Shown here in pieces: positions 20,283 to 30,162 of a stretch of 64,000 nt of DNA. Under the pieces are notes generated by a model that saw only the letters and a program-made list of their open reading frames with translations, was not told where the DNA came from and made no database searches. Position 1 is the stretch's first letter; every line of letters starts with the position of its first letter. The DNA comes from Candidatus Wolfebacteria bacterium RIFCSPLOWO2_01_FULL_45_19 (lineage in GTDB: Bacteria; Patescibacteriota; Minisyncoccia; UBA6257; GWB1-45-9): NCBI GenBank assembly GCA_001793855.1, contig MGIR01000001.1, forward strand, positions 8,645 through 72,644, given 5' to 3'. Position numbers and translations under genes: made by a program.

Positions 20283-21284
20283 TTATACCTCTTTTACGCG
20301 GTATTTTCCATCCGAAGTTCGTTCAAAAAAGTTTTTATTTTGAAGATTCAAAAAAACGGTGTTGGGCTTAAAAAATCTTTCACTCTGCACCGCGAGCAAA
20401 ACATCATTCGCGCGCATCGGGCCTTTTTCTTTCAAAATTCTTCGGATTACTTCCTTCGCTATGCCCGGTTTGTGGCCGTATTCAGCAAGCCCATACATTC
20501 CGCGGCCGACCAAAACAAAACGCTCGTCTTTTATCAATTCGTTGTGAACCGTCTGCGCGTATGCTTTCTTGCTGTTAAAATTCATTTTGTTTATTTCTTC
20601 CGCTATCTCCGAAAAATGCATCGGCTTCACTATCTTTTTAAGAACTATGTGCGCTTTTTCTTTCACGGTTTTCGGATATATTTCGGGCCACTCCGAAAGT
20701 CCGATGTCGCCGTAAGGATTGACGCCAAATCTTTTTGAAATTGAAACGTAATTCAGGCCAACGGCTTCACTAAGTCCGTGAGCTTTGGCCGCGGCGGCGA
20801 AAAGAACGCCAAACTTCCCTTTGTCAATAACTTCGTTTTTATTATCTTTCAAGGACACTTCCAGTTTTTTCAAAAAATTCCGCGTGCGGACCATTGCGTT
20901 TTTATCGGTGTGCCAAAAAGCGTGAAATTCGCCGTCTTCGTCGCGATGAAAAACGGCGCCGTTTACTTTCAAAATAAAAGCGGCCGCGCCGGGAAAACGC
21001 AAAGAAAAGCGGTCAGTTATTTCAACTCCACCGAGCGAACGAAGATACGAAACCGCGTCGGCAACGACTTTCTTGGCTTCTTCGTCGCGGTTGACTGCTT
21101 CGGCCGCGGATTTAAGCGCGGCGACTTCAATCTGACGGACGCGTTCCCGCGTAATTCCATATTTTCCCCCAAGCGCGGCAAGAGTTATTTTTCCCACTCT
21201 GCCGTTAAATCCATAACGAGCGGTCAAAATCTCGCGTTGTTTATCCGTAAGACCGGATAAAAGCCGTTTTAACAGCATTTGCAT
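20283..21284 (-). CDS. sigma-70 region-4 HTH + C-terminal HARE-HTH domain protein
   Basis: N-terminal LTDKQREIL...GITRERVRQIE (sigma region 4). C-terminal MHFSEIAEEI...RFVLVGRGMYGL (HARE-HTH / RNAP delta-like). Confidence 0.6.
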   Translation of the reverse strand: MQMLLKRLLSGLTDKQREILTARYGFNGRVGKITLAALGGKYGITRERVRQIEVAALKSAAEAVNRDEEAKKVVADAVSYLRSLGGVEITDRFSLRFPGAAAFILKVNGAVFHRDEDGEFHAFWHTDKNAMVRTRNFLKKLEVSLKDNKNEVIDKGKFGVLFAAAAKAHGLSEAVGLNYVSISKRFGVNPYGDIGLSEWPEIYPKTVKEKAHIVLKKIVKPMHFSEIAEEINKMNFNSKKAYAQTVHNELIKDERFVLVGRGMYGLAEYGHKPGIAKEVIRRILKEKGPMRANDVLLAVQSERFFKPNTVFLNLQNKNFFERTSDGKYRVKEV

Positions 21285-21315
21285 ACAACGAGTTTAGCAT
21301 TATTTGAGTTAAAGT

Positions 21316-21379
21316 GTCAACCCCGCCTCTGAAATATGTTTCAGAAGCGAGGTTGACAAAACTTTCTCATAGATACAAT
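21316..21379 (+). promoter_or_regulatory. sigma70-like promoter (TTGACA ... TACAAT) embedded in a nested palindrome
   Basis: GTCAACC...TCTGAAATATGTTTCAGA...GGTTGAC overlaps the -35 box upstream of the 21387 ORF. Confidence 0.45.
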
Positions 21380-21386
21380 ATAAAAA

Positions 21387-21725
21387 ATGACTATGGAAAA
21401 CCGCGAAAAACAAGACGAGACGGCCGATGAACGGCCTATGACAGAAACCGAGCTTACCATCAGCAATTGGTTCTGGATTGAGTTTATGAAACGTATGGGA
21501 AAATCCGAAGCCGATCTCCCGGCGCTTATAGAAAAATACGGCGGGCTCGAAGAACATATCTTTTTCAAAAATGAAGAACGCGCGGAACATCTCGACGACG
21601 CGGCGCTTGAATCGCTCGCGCGCGACGCGGAAGCCGTCTTATTGCGAGGAGAGCCGCTTGAATCGCACCCTAAATTGCTCAAGCTTTACAAGCATATTGA
21701 AGCAAAACTATTGCGGGGGCACTAG
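21387..21725 (+). CDS. hypothetical acidic protein
   Basis: ORF with a good upstream promoter. Its 3' end overlaps tRNA-Trp by ~12 nt. Confidence 0.35.
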   Translation: MTMENREKQDETADERPMTETELTISNWFWIEFMKRMGKSEADLPALIEKYGGLEEHIFFKNEERAEHLDDAALESLARDAEAVLLRGEPLESHPKLLKLYKHIEAKLLRGH

Positions 21726-21784
21726 GAATCGAACCCAGATTGGCGGTTTTGGAGACCGCCGTCCTGCCATTGAACGATGCCCCC
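21714..21784 (-). tRNA. tRNA-Trp (anticodon CCA)
   Basis: Manual cloverleaf: acceptor GGGGGCA/TGCCCCC, anticodon loop CTCCAAA, T-loop TTCGATT. Confidence 0.8.
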
Positions 21785-21794
21785 GGATTAAAAT

Positions 21795-21880
21795 CTCTAA
21801 ACCCTTATCTCTAAATCCTAAACGTTTGAAGTTTTGAATTTGAGATTTATTTAGAAATTAGATATTAAAAATTAGGATTT
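21795..21880. repeat. palindromic heptamer-repeat element (ctaaatcc / ggatttag family)
   Basis: The left arm tctaaacccttatctctaaatcctaaac is nearly identical to the arm of the element inside the 16S gene at 32221. Confidence 0.7.
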
Positions 21881-21891
21881 ACATAAAAAAG

Positions 21892-22062
21892 CTACTTTCT
21901 CGCTTCTTTATGCGCGGTATGTTTTCTGCACCAATCACAAAATTTGGAAAGTTCAATCTTTCTTTCAACTTTCTTTTTATTTTTGTGCGCATTATAATTC
22001 ACACGCTTGCATTCGGCGCAGCGAAGCCGCACAAATCTTTCCGATGTTTTTATTTTAGCCAT
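21892..22062 (-). CDS. rpmG: 50S ribosomal protein L33 (56 aa; not in ORF track)
   Basis: Minus-strand translation MAKIKTSERFVRLRCAECKRVNYNAHKNKKKVERKIELSKFCDWCRKHTAHKEARK. Confidence 0.8.
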   Translation of the reverse strand: MAKIKTSERFVRLRCAECKRVNYNAHKNKKKVERKIELSKFCDWCRKHTAHKEARK

Positions 22063-22069
22063 AATTTTG

Positions 22070-22141
22070 AGCCAGCGGGGAGAATTGAACTCCCGCTCTT
22101 TCCCTTACCAAGGGAGTGCTTTACCACTAAGCTACGCTGGC
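22070..22141 (-). tRNA. tRNA-Thr (anticodon GGT)
   Basis: Manual fold: acceptor GCCAGCG, D-loop AGTGGTA, anticodon loop TTGGTAA, T-loop TTCAATT. Confidence 0.7.
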
Positions 22142-22185
22142 GTCAGTATAACACATATTAACACGCTCAACAAGAAAGAAAAGTG

Positions 22186-22257
22186 AGCCACCTCTCGGAT
22201 TCGAACCGAGGACCCACGCTTTACAAAAGCGTTGCTCTGCCGCTGAGCTAAGGTGGC
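22186..22257 (-). tRNA. tRNA-Thr (anticodon TGT)
   Basis: Manual fold: acceptor GCCACCT, anticodon loop TTTGTAA, T-loop TTCGAAT. Confidence 0.75.
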
Positions 22258-22307
22258 GGATTGAATTTTGAAACGCCGCCGAATATAATAATACCACCGG
22301 TGAAAAA

Positions 22308-22394
22308 GCGCAGGTAGTCCCGTAGGGCGCGGGGGCAGACTGTAAATCTGTTGGCCATTGGCCCCGGTGAGTTCGACTCTCACTCTGCGCACCA
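22308..22394 (+). tRNA. tRNA-Tyr (anticodon GTA), long variable arm, CCA encoded
   Basis: Anticodon arm GCAGACTGTAAATCTGT and T-arm GTGAGTTCGACTCTCAC. The D-arm is unusual. Confidence 0.55.
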
Positions 22395-22581
22395 CGTAGT
22401 AACTTTTTGAGCGTATACAAATATTCAGTACATGCGGAATTAATGTATAAAAAGATTGCGGGGTGGTCCCCTGTTTACGTCAAGAATCTTTATGGCGAAA
22501 TAGCTTGAGCCGGTTGATGTTCCGAAGAAGCGGCGGCTAAACTTATTTTTATGATTTTATTTTTCATATGCGCTTTTTATT

Positions 22582-23787
22582 TTAGTAGTAAGTGTAAGTG
22601 GTATAACTTGAATAAGCGCTCCAAGTGCACAACCCGGCGTTCAGAGGAGAGCTAGTATTAGTAGCTTTTCTGGAACCGCCTCCGTAGGGATAACAACTTC
22701 CATCAAACGGCCAGCCATTGGCGTCGGAAGTAGGAACCGTGCCATTTTGAGCGTATAAAGACACTCCAGGACTACTGCAAGCATAAGTAAGATTTGTGCA
22801 GGTCGCGTCACTCATATAACAGTTGAAGCCATTCGTAACTCCGTTCCACGAAACCATCCAAAAGCTAACCGTGTCGGCGCCGGACTGGCAACTACTGGGG
22901 GTCGGCGGGGTACAACTATATGACGCTCCCGGAGTAGCAGTTGATGCACCATTTGCACATTGTCCCAAGAAATTATAGCCTGTGCCAGTAGTGTAATTAT
23001 CCCAATATCTGTTGCAATCCTCATCAATGAGAGGCGTTGCCGAACCGGACCCTCCTACTGCCGAACAAGTCGCATTTTGCGAGAACGCCGCGACTGACGC
23101 GCTGTCCGAAATCCGTTGCAGTCTGATTTGCAGTCCGGTTGCATTCCAAGTCGTTGCGGTAAAGTTATCGCCATTCAATTGAGCGGCCGCGTTGGTCGTG
23201 TTGGCATCGCAATTGTAAGTGGCATAGCTTAAGTCAGTCCATACTGAACCGGTGTAATACTGCAACCGACAGCCGCCCACCCCTCCGTTGCCTGTGCCGG
23301 CAGTCCAGCTGACGGTGAAGTCCCTGCGCCTGACCGTCTGAGTTAAGACAAGCGAAGTCGGCGGAGAAGAGGCGCCCCAAACACAAGAAGTCGCGCCGTC
23401 GCTGGTTTTAACCCAGCCGGTTCCGTTGCAGGCGCAGGTCGTGTAACCTGCAGTCATAGCCAACGATTTGCTTGTTGAAGCGTCACAAGTAAAAGGACTG
23501 GAAGAGTTTATTGGAAATTTTAACGCTCCTGTCGCCTCAATAATCCCGTTAATCGTGAGCTTGCTTGCCGGAGAAACTGTGCCGATGCCGACATTGCCGG
23601 TTCCGGGGTCAAATACTAAACCAGCGGTGCTTGTCGCGTTGCCTACCCGAAACCCGCCGCTCACGTCAAAAGTGTACTCCGGCGTTATTCCGATGCCGAT
23701 GTTTCCGCTACTGAACTTAAGGTTTCCACCGCCGATGCCTGGGCTTAAACTGGCGGGGCCGGTGAATCCGAGCGCGACAAAAACCAA
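22582..23787 (-). CDS. Cys/Thr/Gly-rich secreted or surface protein
   Basis: N-terminal hydrophobic segment. GTGNVGIGT repeats and many Cys. Confidence 0.55.
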   Translation of the reverse strand: MVFVALGFTGPASLSPGIGGGNLKFSSGNIGIGITPEYTFDVSGGFRVGNATSTAGLVFDPGTGNVGIGTVSPASKLTINGIIEATGALKFPINSSSPFTCDASTSKSLAMTAGYTTCACNGTGWVKTSDGATSCVWGASSPPTSLVLTQTVRRRDFTVSWTAGTGNGGVGGCRLQYYTGSVWTDLSYATYNCDANTTNAAAQLNGDNFTATTWNATGLQIRLQRISDSASVAAFSQNATCSAVGGSGSATPLIDEDCNRYWDNYTTGTGYNFLGQCANGASTATPGASYSCTPPTPSSCQSGADTVSFWMVSWNGVTNGFNCYMSDATCTNLTYACSSPGVSLYAQNGTVPTSDANGWPFDGSCYPYGGGSRKATNTSSPLNAGLCTWSAYSSYTTYTYY

Positions 23788-23863
23788 GAAACCGGAAACT
23801 AAGATACTTATTGATATTAATAGATATTTATTGATATTCGTGAATCCAGATTAATTTGTTTGC

Positions 23864-24331
23864 TCACCAGACGCATGCCGTTATGCCGTCGCTGGTTTTA
23901 ACCCAGCCGGTCCCGTTGCAGGCGCAGGTCGTGTAACCTGAAGTCAATGACAATGAGCCGGCATTTGAAGCGTTACAGGTAAAAGGAGCCGATGCGTTAG
24001 CCACCAATTTGAATCCCCCCAAAGTGGATTCAATAATCCCGTTGATCATGAGCTTGCTTGCCGGAGAAACGGTGCCGATGCCGACATTGCCGGTTCCGGG
24101 GTCAAATACTAAACCAGCGGTGCTTGTCGCGTTGCCTACCCGAAATCCGCCGCTCACGTCAAAAGTATATAAAGGCGTTATTCCTAAGCCGGTGTTTCCG
24201 CCAGAAGTTACAAAAAACCCAGAGCCAGTTCCCGGAGAAACCGAAGGGCCTGTAAATCCCAACACAACCGATACAAAGATGCCGGCGGATACTATTATAC
24301 CTGCGGATATCAACAGATATTTATTGATCAT
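23864..24331 (-). CDS. truncated paralogue of the 22582-23787 gene (tandem partial duplication)
   Basis: About 95% nucleotide identity over ~450 bp with 23390-23790. It diverges after TSDG. Confidence 0.5.
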   Translation of the reverse strand: MINKYLLISAGIIVSAGIFVSVVLGFTGPSVSPGTGSGFFVTSGGNTGLGITPLYTFDVSGGFRVGNATSTAGLVFDPGTGNVGIGTVSPASKLMINGIIESTLGGFKLVANASAPFTCNASNAGSLSLTSGYTTCACNGTGWVKTSDGITACVW

Positions 24332-24409
24332 TGCTTATAATTTTTTCTTTGTCTAACATTTTTTTATTATAGCATATTCGACCTTGTTTGTTGGTGGATG
24401 TGGATAAGT

Positions 24410-25363
24410 TCAGGGGCTCCAGTTAATGATGATGTCGGTTACGGTTGGGCCGACGGTTCGTCCAGTATCTGTTTCTAAAATAACTTTGTAGCGCCAGTAA
24501 CGTTTGTCGGTGTGACAAGTAAGGTCAATTTTGGATTGAATATTCGGGCCACCCGGATTGTAAAAATCGCCAACGCTACAGTTGGGTCCTCCGGGTCCGA
24601 CAAACGCGCCGTCGCCGGTCAATTTATCTCCTCCCCAGCCGACGCCGGTATCGCAAGTCGGAGAATTTGTCGCGCCATTGGAACAATTCGCGGCGGCTAT
24701 CCGAAAAAAAACGTTCGTGCCGCTTGGTTGCGTTCCCTGCCACATAATGGTGTTTATGGCGGAGCCGCCCTCAACCTGCGAGTCAAAAATACTTGAAATT
24801 AAAGTTCCTTCCGCGGGGTAGTTTGTCCAGCTTGTTTTGACTTTGTAATTGGAAGTTCCGCAAGTGTTTGGAGGACCGGCGCAATTGAAACTGAACCAGC
24901 CGACATCATTATTCCACGCCCAACCGGAGAAAATTCCCGTGCTCGGGTCAACGGATACTTTATAATTAGATTCCAAACAATTGTCATTTAGGCAGTTGAA
25001 ACTAATCCAGCCGACGCCGTCGTTCCACGCGAAGCCGCCAAGCTCGTTGGTGCTTGTGTTGTTGGTTACCTTAAAATTGCTCTGACCGCATATGTCCCCT
25101 GCCGGCGTTGTTTGGCAATTCAAAATAATTTCTTCGACAGTTGAGCTTGCCCAGCCGCGAAGTTCTGTTTCGTCAACAAAAACGTTGTTAGTGCCGTAAA
25201 AGTCAATCCAACCGATGGAATCGTTCCAGGCCCATTGTGTATATTCGGGTGGATTGTCCGGAATGATATTTGTTACGGCGAAAACCACCAGCCATGACGC
25301 GGATATGGCAGTTATAAATATAATAAAAAATATAATTAGTTTTTTCATACTAATATCCTTCAA
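24410..25363 (-). CDS. secreted repeat protein (~40 aa GWAWNDxxGWIxFNC repeats)
   Basis: N-terminal TM or signal sequence, then four Trp/Cys-containing repeats. Confidence 0.55.
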   Translation of the reverse strand: MKDISMKKLIIFFIIFITAISASWLVVFAVTNIIPDNPPEYTQWAWNDSIGWIDFYGTNNVFVDETELRGWASSTVEEIILNCQTTPAGDICGQSNFKVTNNTSTNELGGFAWNDGVGWISFNCLNDNCLESNYKVSVDPSTGIFSGWAWNNDVGWFSFNCAGPPNTCGTSNYKVKTSWTNYPAEGTLISSIFDSQVEGGSAINTIMWQGTQPSGTNVFFRIAAANCSNGATNSPTCDTGVGWGGDKLTGDGAFVGPGGPNCSVGDFYNPGGPNIQSKIDLTCHTDKRYWRYKVILETDTGRTVGPTVTDIIINWSP

Positions 25364-26531
25364 TCCTTATTTGCCCCGACGTGGCGTAATCAATGTTTGT
25401 TGAAGTGTTAAAACTCGCGGTGGTAGTAGCGGTAATTGGATTGTCTGTCGGATCTGTATAGCCGCCGCTCCAGTCGGTCTGCGAAAACAGGCGGTTAGAA
25501 TGACGGGTAAAATATCTGAACTGGCTGAAAGAATCAGTCGCGGCTAAAATTTCCCAGCCGGAAGTTACGGTTATTTTCTGAGTGGACGGGTCGTCGGTTC
25601 CGCTCACGGCTATTGCTCCGTTCGCGTCTCTATTTACGTTCTCAACATAAAAAGAGCGCATATATCTGTCACTGTTATAAATCTGCCAAATTTCATCGGC
25701 GGATAGGGCGCGGTCGTAAATGCGGACGTCGTCCAGCAGACCGTCAAAATAACCAGCAGAAACACGCCCGATGTCCATCGCCGAAGCGCCAACGCCTGTC
25801 GTGTCGGTTATAGCGACGTGGCGCCAAACCGCTGTAATAGTCGCGGACGCGGAACTGCCGTCCACATACACGATGGAGGCGGGGAAGCCCGTTGCGACAA
25901 CGTTGCTGTTTGCGTCTATTTCAATTTGAGCCGTCCCGTTCATATCAATTATTTTTTTTGATACTATAACATCCGCCTTCATCCAAAACATCACCGTCTT
26001 AATGCCGGCTCCAACATTGCCCAAAACGACATAATCCTCCGTCCCGTCAAATTCCAAACATCTGCTCAATTTGCAGGCGGAAGTTGAGGTCGCGCCGCCG
26101 GTGACTGTGCCGTCGTTATTGTTGTTCGTAGCGTCAAAAGCCGTAGTCGTTCCTACTGCCTCGTCAAATTTCCAGTAACCAACCAAGCCGTTAATAATGT
26201 CATCGCTGATAAGCCCCTCTTCGCCTTGTATAATCGTGGACGTCGCTCCAAACTTAATAAAATATTTATTCGCGGAGCCCTTATCTAAATTGTAAATATC
26301 GTGCCAGTTTTTTTCGGACATTCCCGCAAGCGAAATAAAATATTCGGATGTCAGACCGGCCGCTGTCTGCATCTGTTTGCTCTGCACGTTGCCGCGTAAT
26401 ATTCCCACGATACTAACCACCACTCCGCCGACAATAATGGCGCCAACGGCAATGGCGACGATAATCTCAAGAAGGGACTGCCCTTTTTGAGCTTTTAGCT
26501 TATAGCTTTTAGCTTTTAGCTGATTTTTCAT
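25350..26531 (-). CDS. type IV pilin-like protein with C-terminal LamG/concanavalin-like domain
   Basis: Prepilin leader KGQSLLEIIVAIAV (Glu at +5). LamG_3-like signature FDGLLDDVRIYDRALSADEI. Confidence 0.65.
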   Translation of the reverse strand: MKNQLKAKSYKLKAQKGQSLLEIIVAIAVGAIIVGGVVVSIVGILRGNVQSKQMQTAAGLTSEYFISLAGMSEKNWHDIYNLDKGSANKYFIKFGATSTIIQGEEGLISDDIINGLVGYWKFDEAVGTTTAFDATNNNNDGTVTGGATSTSACKLSRCLEFDGTEDYVVLGNVGAGIKTVMFWMKADVIVSKKIIDMNGTAQIEIDANSNVVATGFPASIVYVDGSSASATITAVWRHVAITDTTGVGASAMDIGRVSAGYFDGLLDDVRIYDRALSADEIWQIYNSDRYMRSFYVENVNRDANGAIAVSGTDDPSTQKITVTSGWEILAATDSFSQFRYFTRHSNRLFSQTDWSGGYTDPTDNPITATTTASFNTSTNIDYATSGQIRIEGY

Positions 26532-26708
26532 TGCAGTTTTTTAATTATTGTTGTCAACATTTTTTGAGCTTCCGTGAGAAATGCTTCAGCTTTAGAAAAG
26601 TCAACGTCTTTGTAAAGCTCTTTGGCTATTAATATTTGCGTTTCAAGCTCCGCGAAAGATTCTACGTACATAAATAATTTCTAAAAGCTACGAGCTAACA
26701 GCTATAAG

Positions 26709-27167
26709 CTATCTCGTGATATTTCCATTTTCCAAAACGCTTACATTGATTATACCGTCTCCGACGGTGGTTAGCAAAGTAAATGTAGCCGTATTATCAG
26801 GGACGCCGCTTATTTTAAGAAAATTGATTATCGTTGAATTTCCCTGCGCCGGAGAGCTGAATTCAATATGCGACGGCAAAGTTACCGAACGATGCGTAGT
26901 TGAAGCGCCACCGATTGTCTCGGCGTAAAAAATATCGTACCTATCCCCGTCACCAGCCGGCGCGTTTACATATACTCCCCAAAAACTTGATTCCAGTTCG
27001 CTTATGGAATTTTGCTGGGCTTCGCGAAGAGTTTGAACAAGCTTGTCTGATTCAAATTCCAAAGTACGTTGAACCCGCAAGTTTTGAATCGTGAGCAAAC
27101 CTATACCGCCGACAATCACCGTTATGCCGAGCGAAATCAGAAGCTCAATTAAGGTAAAACCCTTCAT
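26709..27167 (-). CDS. type IV pilin/pseudopilin
   Basis: MKGFTLIELLISL class III signal. Confidence 0.75.
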   Translation of the reverse strand: MKGFTLIELLISLGITVIVGGIGLLTIQNLRVQRTLEFESDKLVQTLREAQQNSISELESSFWGVYVNAPAGDGDRYDIFYAETIGGASTTHRSVTLPSHIEFSSPAQGNSTIINFLKISGVPDNTATFTLLTTVGDGIINVSVLENGNITR

Positions 27168-28375
27168 ATACTACCAATAAGTTGATAGATCGGAACTATT
27201 ATTGAAAGCGCTATTGTTCCTATTATAACTCCGAGAACGAGAAGCATTGCCGGTTCAAGGAACGACACAAGTGTTTTTATTGAATTGTCTATTTCCGATT
27301 CGTAAAACTTTGAAAGCGTGTCCAGGATGTCTTCCAAATGCCCGGCTTTTTCCGAAATCGCGACAAGATTGACGACAACTTTCGGAAAAACCTGCTCCCG
27401 TCTGAACGCATCGCCGACGGTCATCCCCTTAACGAGGCCCTCGCGCGAAACGCGCATAAGCGCCTCTTTCAATTCCTCCCAACCGACGGCCCGCGAAGTA
27501 ATTTCAAGCGAATCGGTTATATGCAAACCGGCGCGCATAAGAGACGAGAACGTGGAAGTAAATCTCTGCAAAGACGTTTTGCGTAAAACTTCGCCGAGAT
27601 ACGGAACGCGAAACGCGAAACGCTGAAGGACGCGCCTCGCGTTTATGTTTTTTGAAAGCACGTACCAGCCGCCGAAGGCCGCGCTCGCAAGCAAAATAAG
27701 AACATAAATAATATTATTACTGATAAAAAGCCCGACACCGAACACCACTCTGGAGAAAAGCGGCGGCTCAAATCCTCCGGTCATAAAAACTTCGGCTATT
27801 TTCGGCAAAGCGAAAGTAACCAAAAGAAGAAGAATGATGAAAGACGCGGCGAGAAGCACAACGGGATAAATGAGCGCGGAACGGATACGGCCTCGCAGTT
27901 CCTGTTCTCGCTCCAAAGAAACCGACAGGTCCTCAAGAACTTTGTCCAGAGTTCCGGATTTCTCGCCGGCGCGAATAAGATTGACAAACGCGGACGAAAA
28001 AAATTTCGGATATTGCGCGAAAGTGGTGTAAAACGGATTTCCTTTTTCAAGATTTGAGCGTATCTGAAGCAGAAGGGCTTTGATGGTCGGTTTTTCAAAA
28101 TCGTTTATAAGAATGTCTATTGCTTTGAAAAGGTCAGTTCCGGCCCTAAGCATCAGCGCGAGATATTTCGTCAAAAACAACTGATCAAGCGTGGTAAACG
28201 TGGGACCAAAAAGGCGGGCGCGAACCCCACCGCCAAAACCTTTGGCGATTTTTATAGAAATAGGGCGCAGGCCTTGCGCGCCAAGCTTCGCGAGCAATTC
28301 GTCGGTGTTCCCGGCTTCCATGCTATCTTCAACTATTTTTCCTTCCGCGTTAGACGCGACGTAATGGAATAACAT
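27164..28375 (-). CDS. pilC: type IV pilus platform protein PilC / GspF family
   Basis: Two GspF-type repeats and polytopic membrane topology. Confidence 0.8.
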   Translation of the reverse strand: MLFHYVASNAEGKIVEDSMEAGNTDELLAKLGAQGLRPISIKIAKGFGGGVRARLFGPTFTTLDQLFLTKYLALMLRAGTDLFKAIDILINDFEKPTIKALLLQIRSNLEKGNPFYTTFAQYPKFFSSAFVNLIRAGEKSGTLDKVLEDLSVSLEREQELRGRIRSALIYPVVLLAASFIILLLLVTFALPKIAEVFMTGGFEPPLFSRVVFGVGLFISNNIIYVLILLASAAFGGWYVLSKNINARRVLQRFAFRVPYLGEVLRKTSLQRFTSTFSSLMRAGLHITDSLEITSRAVGWEELKEALMRVSREGLVKGMTVGDAFRREQVFPKVVVNLVAISEKAGHLEDILDTLSKFYESEIDNSIKTLVSFLEPAMLLVLGVIIGTIALSIIVPIYQLIGSI

Positions 28376-28379
28376 AATT

Positions 28380-30089
28380 CTACTCCCTAATTACCCGAAG
28401 CACTTCTTCAAGCGTAGTCATGCCTTTTTCCGCTTTACGGAGACCATCTTCAAACATTGAAATCATTCCTTCTTTCCTCGCCAAGTTCTTAAGCGCGCCA
28501 AGAGAAAAGTCGGACGACACTATTAATTTTCGCACGTTTTCGGTAACATTCAAAACTTCAAAAATACCCATTCTGCCGCGATAGCCGGTGTTATTACAAC
28601 TGCGGCAGCCCTTGGCTTTGAACACAAGCTTAGGCGGTTTGAATTCACGGCTTATTCCGAGTTCCTCCCATTGTTTTTTAACCGCTTCAACGACATCCGA
28701 CGATGGTTTTTGCGACTGGATGCAATACGTACAAACGCGGCGCAACAAGCGTTGAGCCAGCACGGCGTTTATCACTGCCGCGACAAGAAAGGCGGGAATT
28801 TTCATATCGGTAAGACGAGGCACCGCGGTTGAGGCGTCATTGGTATGCAAAGAAGAAAGAACGAGGTGGCCGGTCAGCGCGGAGTGCACGGATATTTCAG
28901 CGGTTTCTTCGTCGCGGATTTCTCCGACCATTATTACGTTCGGGTCCTGACGGAGAATGGCGCGAAGTCCGTTCGCAAAAGTGATTCCGGCCTGCGGATT
29001 AATCTGCGTCTGATTGACATACTGAATATCGTATTCTATCGGGTCTTCAATGGTAACGATGTTGACTTCCGGACGGTTTAAAATGTTGAGAATGGAATAA
29101 AGCGTCGTGGTTTTTCCGGAACCGGTCGGGCCGGTAACCAACACTATACCGTAGGTCTTCTGTGTATTTTCTTTAATGGTTTTAACTGTATCTTCTTCCA
29201 TTCCCAATTCTTCAAAAGAAAGCGGTCGCTGAGCCGCGGTCAAAAGACGCATTTCAATTTTTTCCCCGTAAAAAACCGGCATAATCGCGACTCGGACGTC
29301 AACAATTTCTTTTTCTATTTTGTAACGAAATCTTCCGTCTTGCGGACGGCTGTGCTCGTCAAGTTTCAAACCGCTCACGAGCTTTATTCGCGCCGCCATG
29401 GCGTCGCTTATTTCTTTCGGCAGTTTGAGAATTTCATGAAGAATGCCGTCAACGCGGTACCGAATTAAAATAATATCTTCCAGCGCTTCAATATGGATGT
29501 CGGAGGCGCGAAGAGAAAGGGCGTATTTAAGAATATTGTCAACCAGCGCGACAATCGGAACGTCTTTCGCGGCTTCTTCCACGCCCGCGGCGCGCGAACG
29601 AAACGCCTGTCGCACATTTTCTTCCATTATTTTCTGGAAATCTCCGGAGAGTTCTTTGCCGTAAAAAGCATACGCCTTGTTGAGGTCGTCGTCGCTCGCG
29701 AGAAACGGGCGGACTTTGGCGTTGAATCTCCGTTCTATGAGTTCAACTGTTTCAAGATTGCCCGGGTCCTCCATCGCCACATCAAGCGTCCCGTCGGTTT
29801 CGCGGCCGAAAATCACGACGCGCCTCTGGCGCGCAACGTTTTCCGGAAGCATTCTCACTAAATTGTCGTCAAGCTGAATCTCCACGAAATTGGCTTTCCG
29901 GACTCCAAGATATTCGGCTACAATCTCGGCGAGGTAAGTTTGAGTAATTATATTTTTCGAAAGAAGAACGTCGTTTGTTGAGGTGCCGAGGCGCTCGGCT
30001 TCTTCTCTGGCCTGCTCAAAGGCTTCTGCCGTAATAAGACCGGCGTCAGTAAGAATCTGCTTTAACTTATCCGAAGGAATTTGAAGCAT
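28380..30089 (-). CDS. pilB: type IV pilus assembly ATPase PilB / GspE family
   Basis: Walker A GPTGSGKTTT, a Cys4 cluster, and a GspE N-terminal domain. Confidence 0.85.
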   Translation of the reverse strand: MLQIPSDKLKQILTDAGLITAEAFEQAREEAERLGTSTNDVLLSKNIITQTYLAEIVAEYLGVRKANFVEIQLDDNLVRMLPENVARQRRVVIFGRETDGTLDVAMEDPGNLETVELIERRFNAKVRPFLASDDDLNKAYAFYGKELSGDFQKIMEENVRQAFRSRAAGVEEAAKDVPIVALVDNILKYALSLRASDIHIEALEDIILIRYRVDGILHEILKLPKEISDAMAARIKLVSGLKLDEHSRPQDGRFRYKIEKEIVDVRVAIMPVFYGEKIEMRLLTAAQRPLSFEELGMEEDTVKTIKENTQKTYGIVLVTGPTGSGKTTTLYSILNILNRPEVNIVTIEDPIEYDIQYVNQTQINPQAGITFANGLRAILRQDPNVIMVGEIRDEETAEISVHSALTGHLVLSSLHTNDASTAVPRLTDMKIPAFLVAAVINAVLAQRLLRRVCTYCIQSQKPSSDVVEAVKKQWEELGISREFKPPKLVFKAKGCRSCNNTGYRGRMGIFEVLNVTENVRKLIVSSDFSLGALKNLARKEGMISMFEDGLRKAEKGMTTLEEVLRVIRE

Positions 30090-30093
30090 AGTT

Positions 30094-30162
30094 GTAATTT
30101 TGAATTTCTAATTTCAGTCATTTAAAATTGGTTCGAAATTCAAAATTCAAAATTGAAAATTA
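30094..30162. repeat. aaaattc heptamer palindrome
   Basis: taattttgaatttctaatttc ... cgaaattcaaaattcaaaattgaaaatta. Confidence 0.6.

Noticed and set aside
21910-22161. 83-aa plus-strand ORF
   Set aside because: It overlaps rpmG (L33) on the opposite strand and the tRNA-Thr gene. The opposite-strand features are strongly supported.
22308-22394. tRNA-Tyr on the minus strand, the same orientation as the neighbouring tRNAs
   Set aside because: Only the plus-strand reading gives a canonical TTCGA T-loop and the CTGTAAA anticodon loop. The minus-strand reading gives neither.
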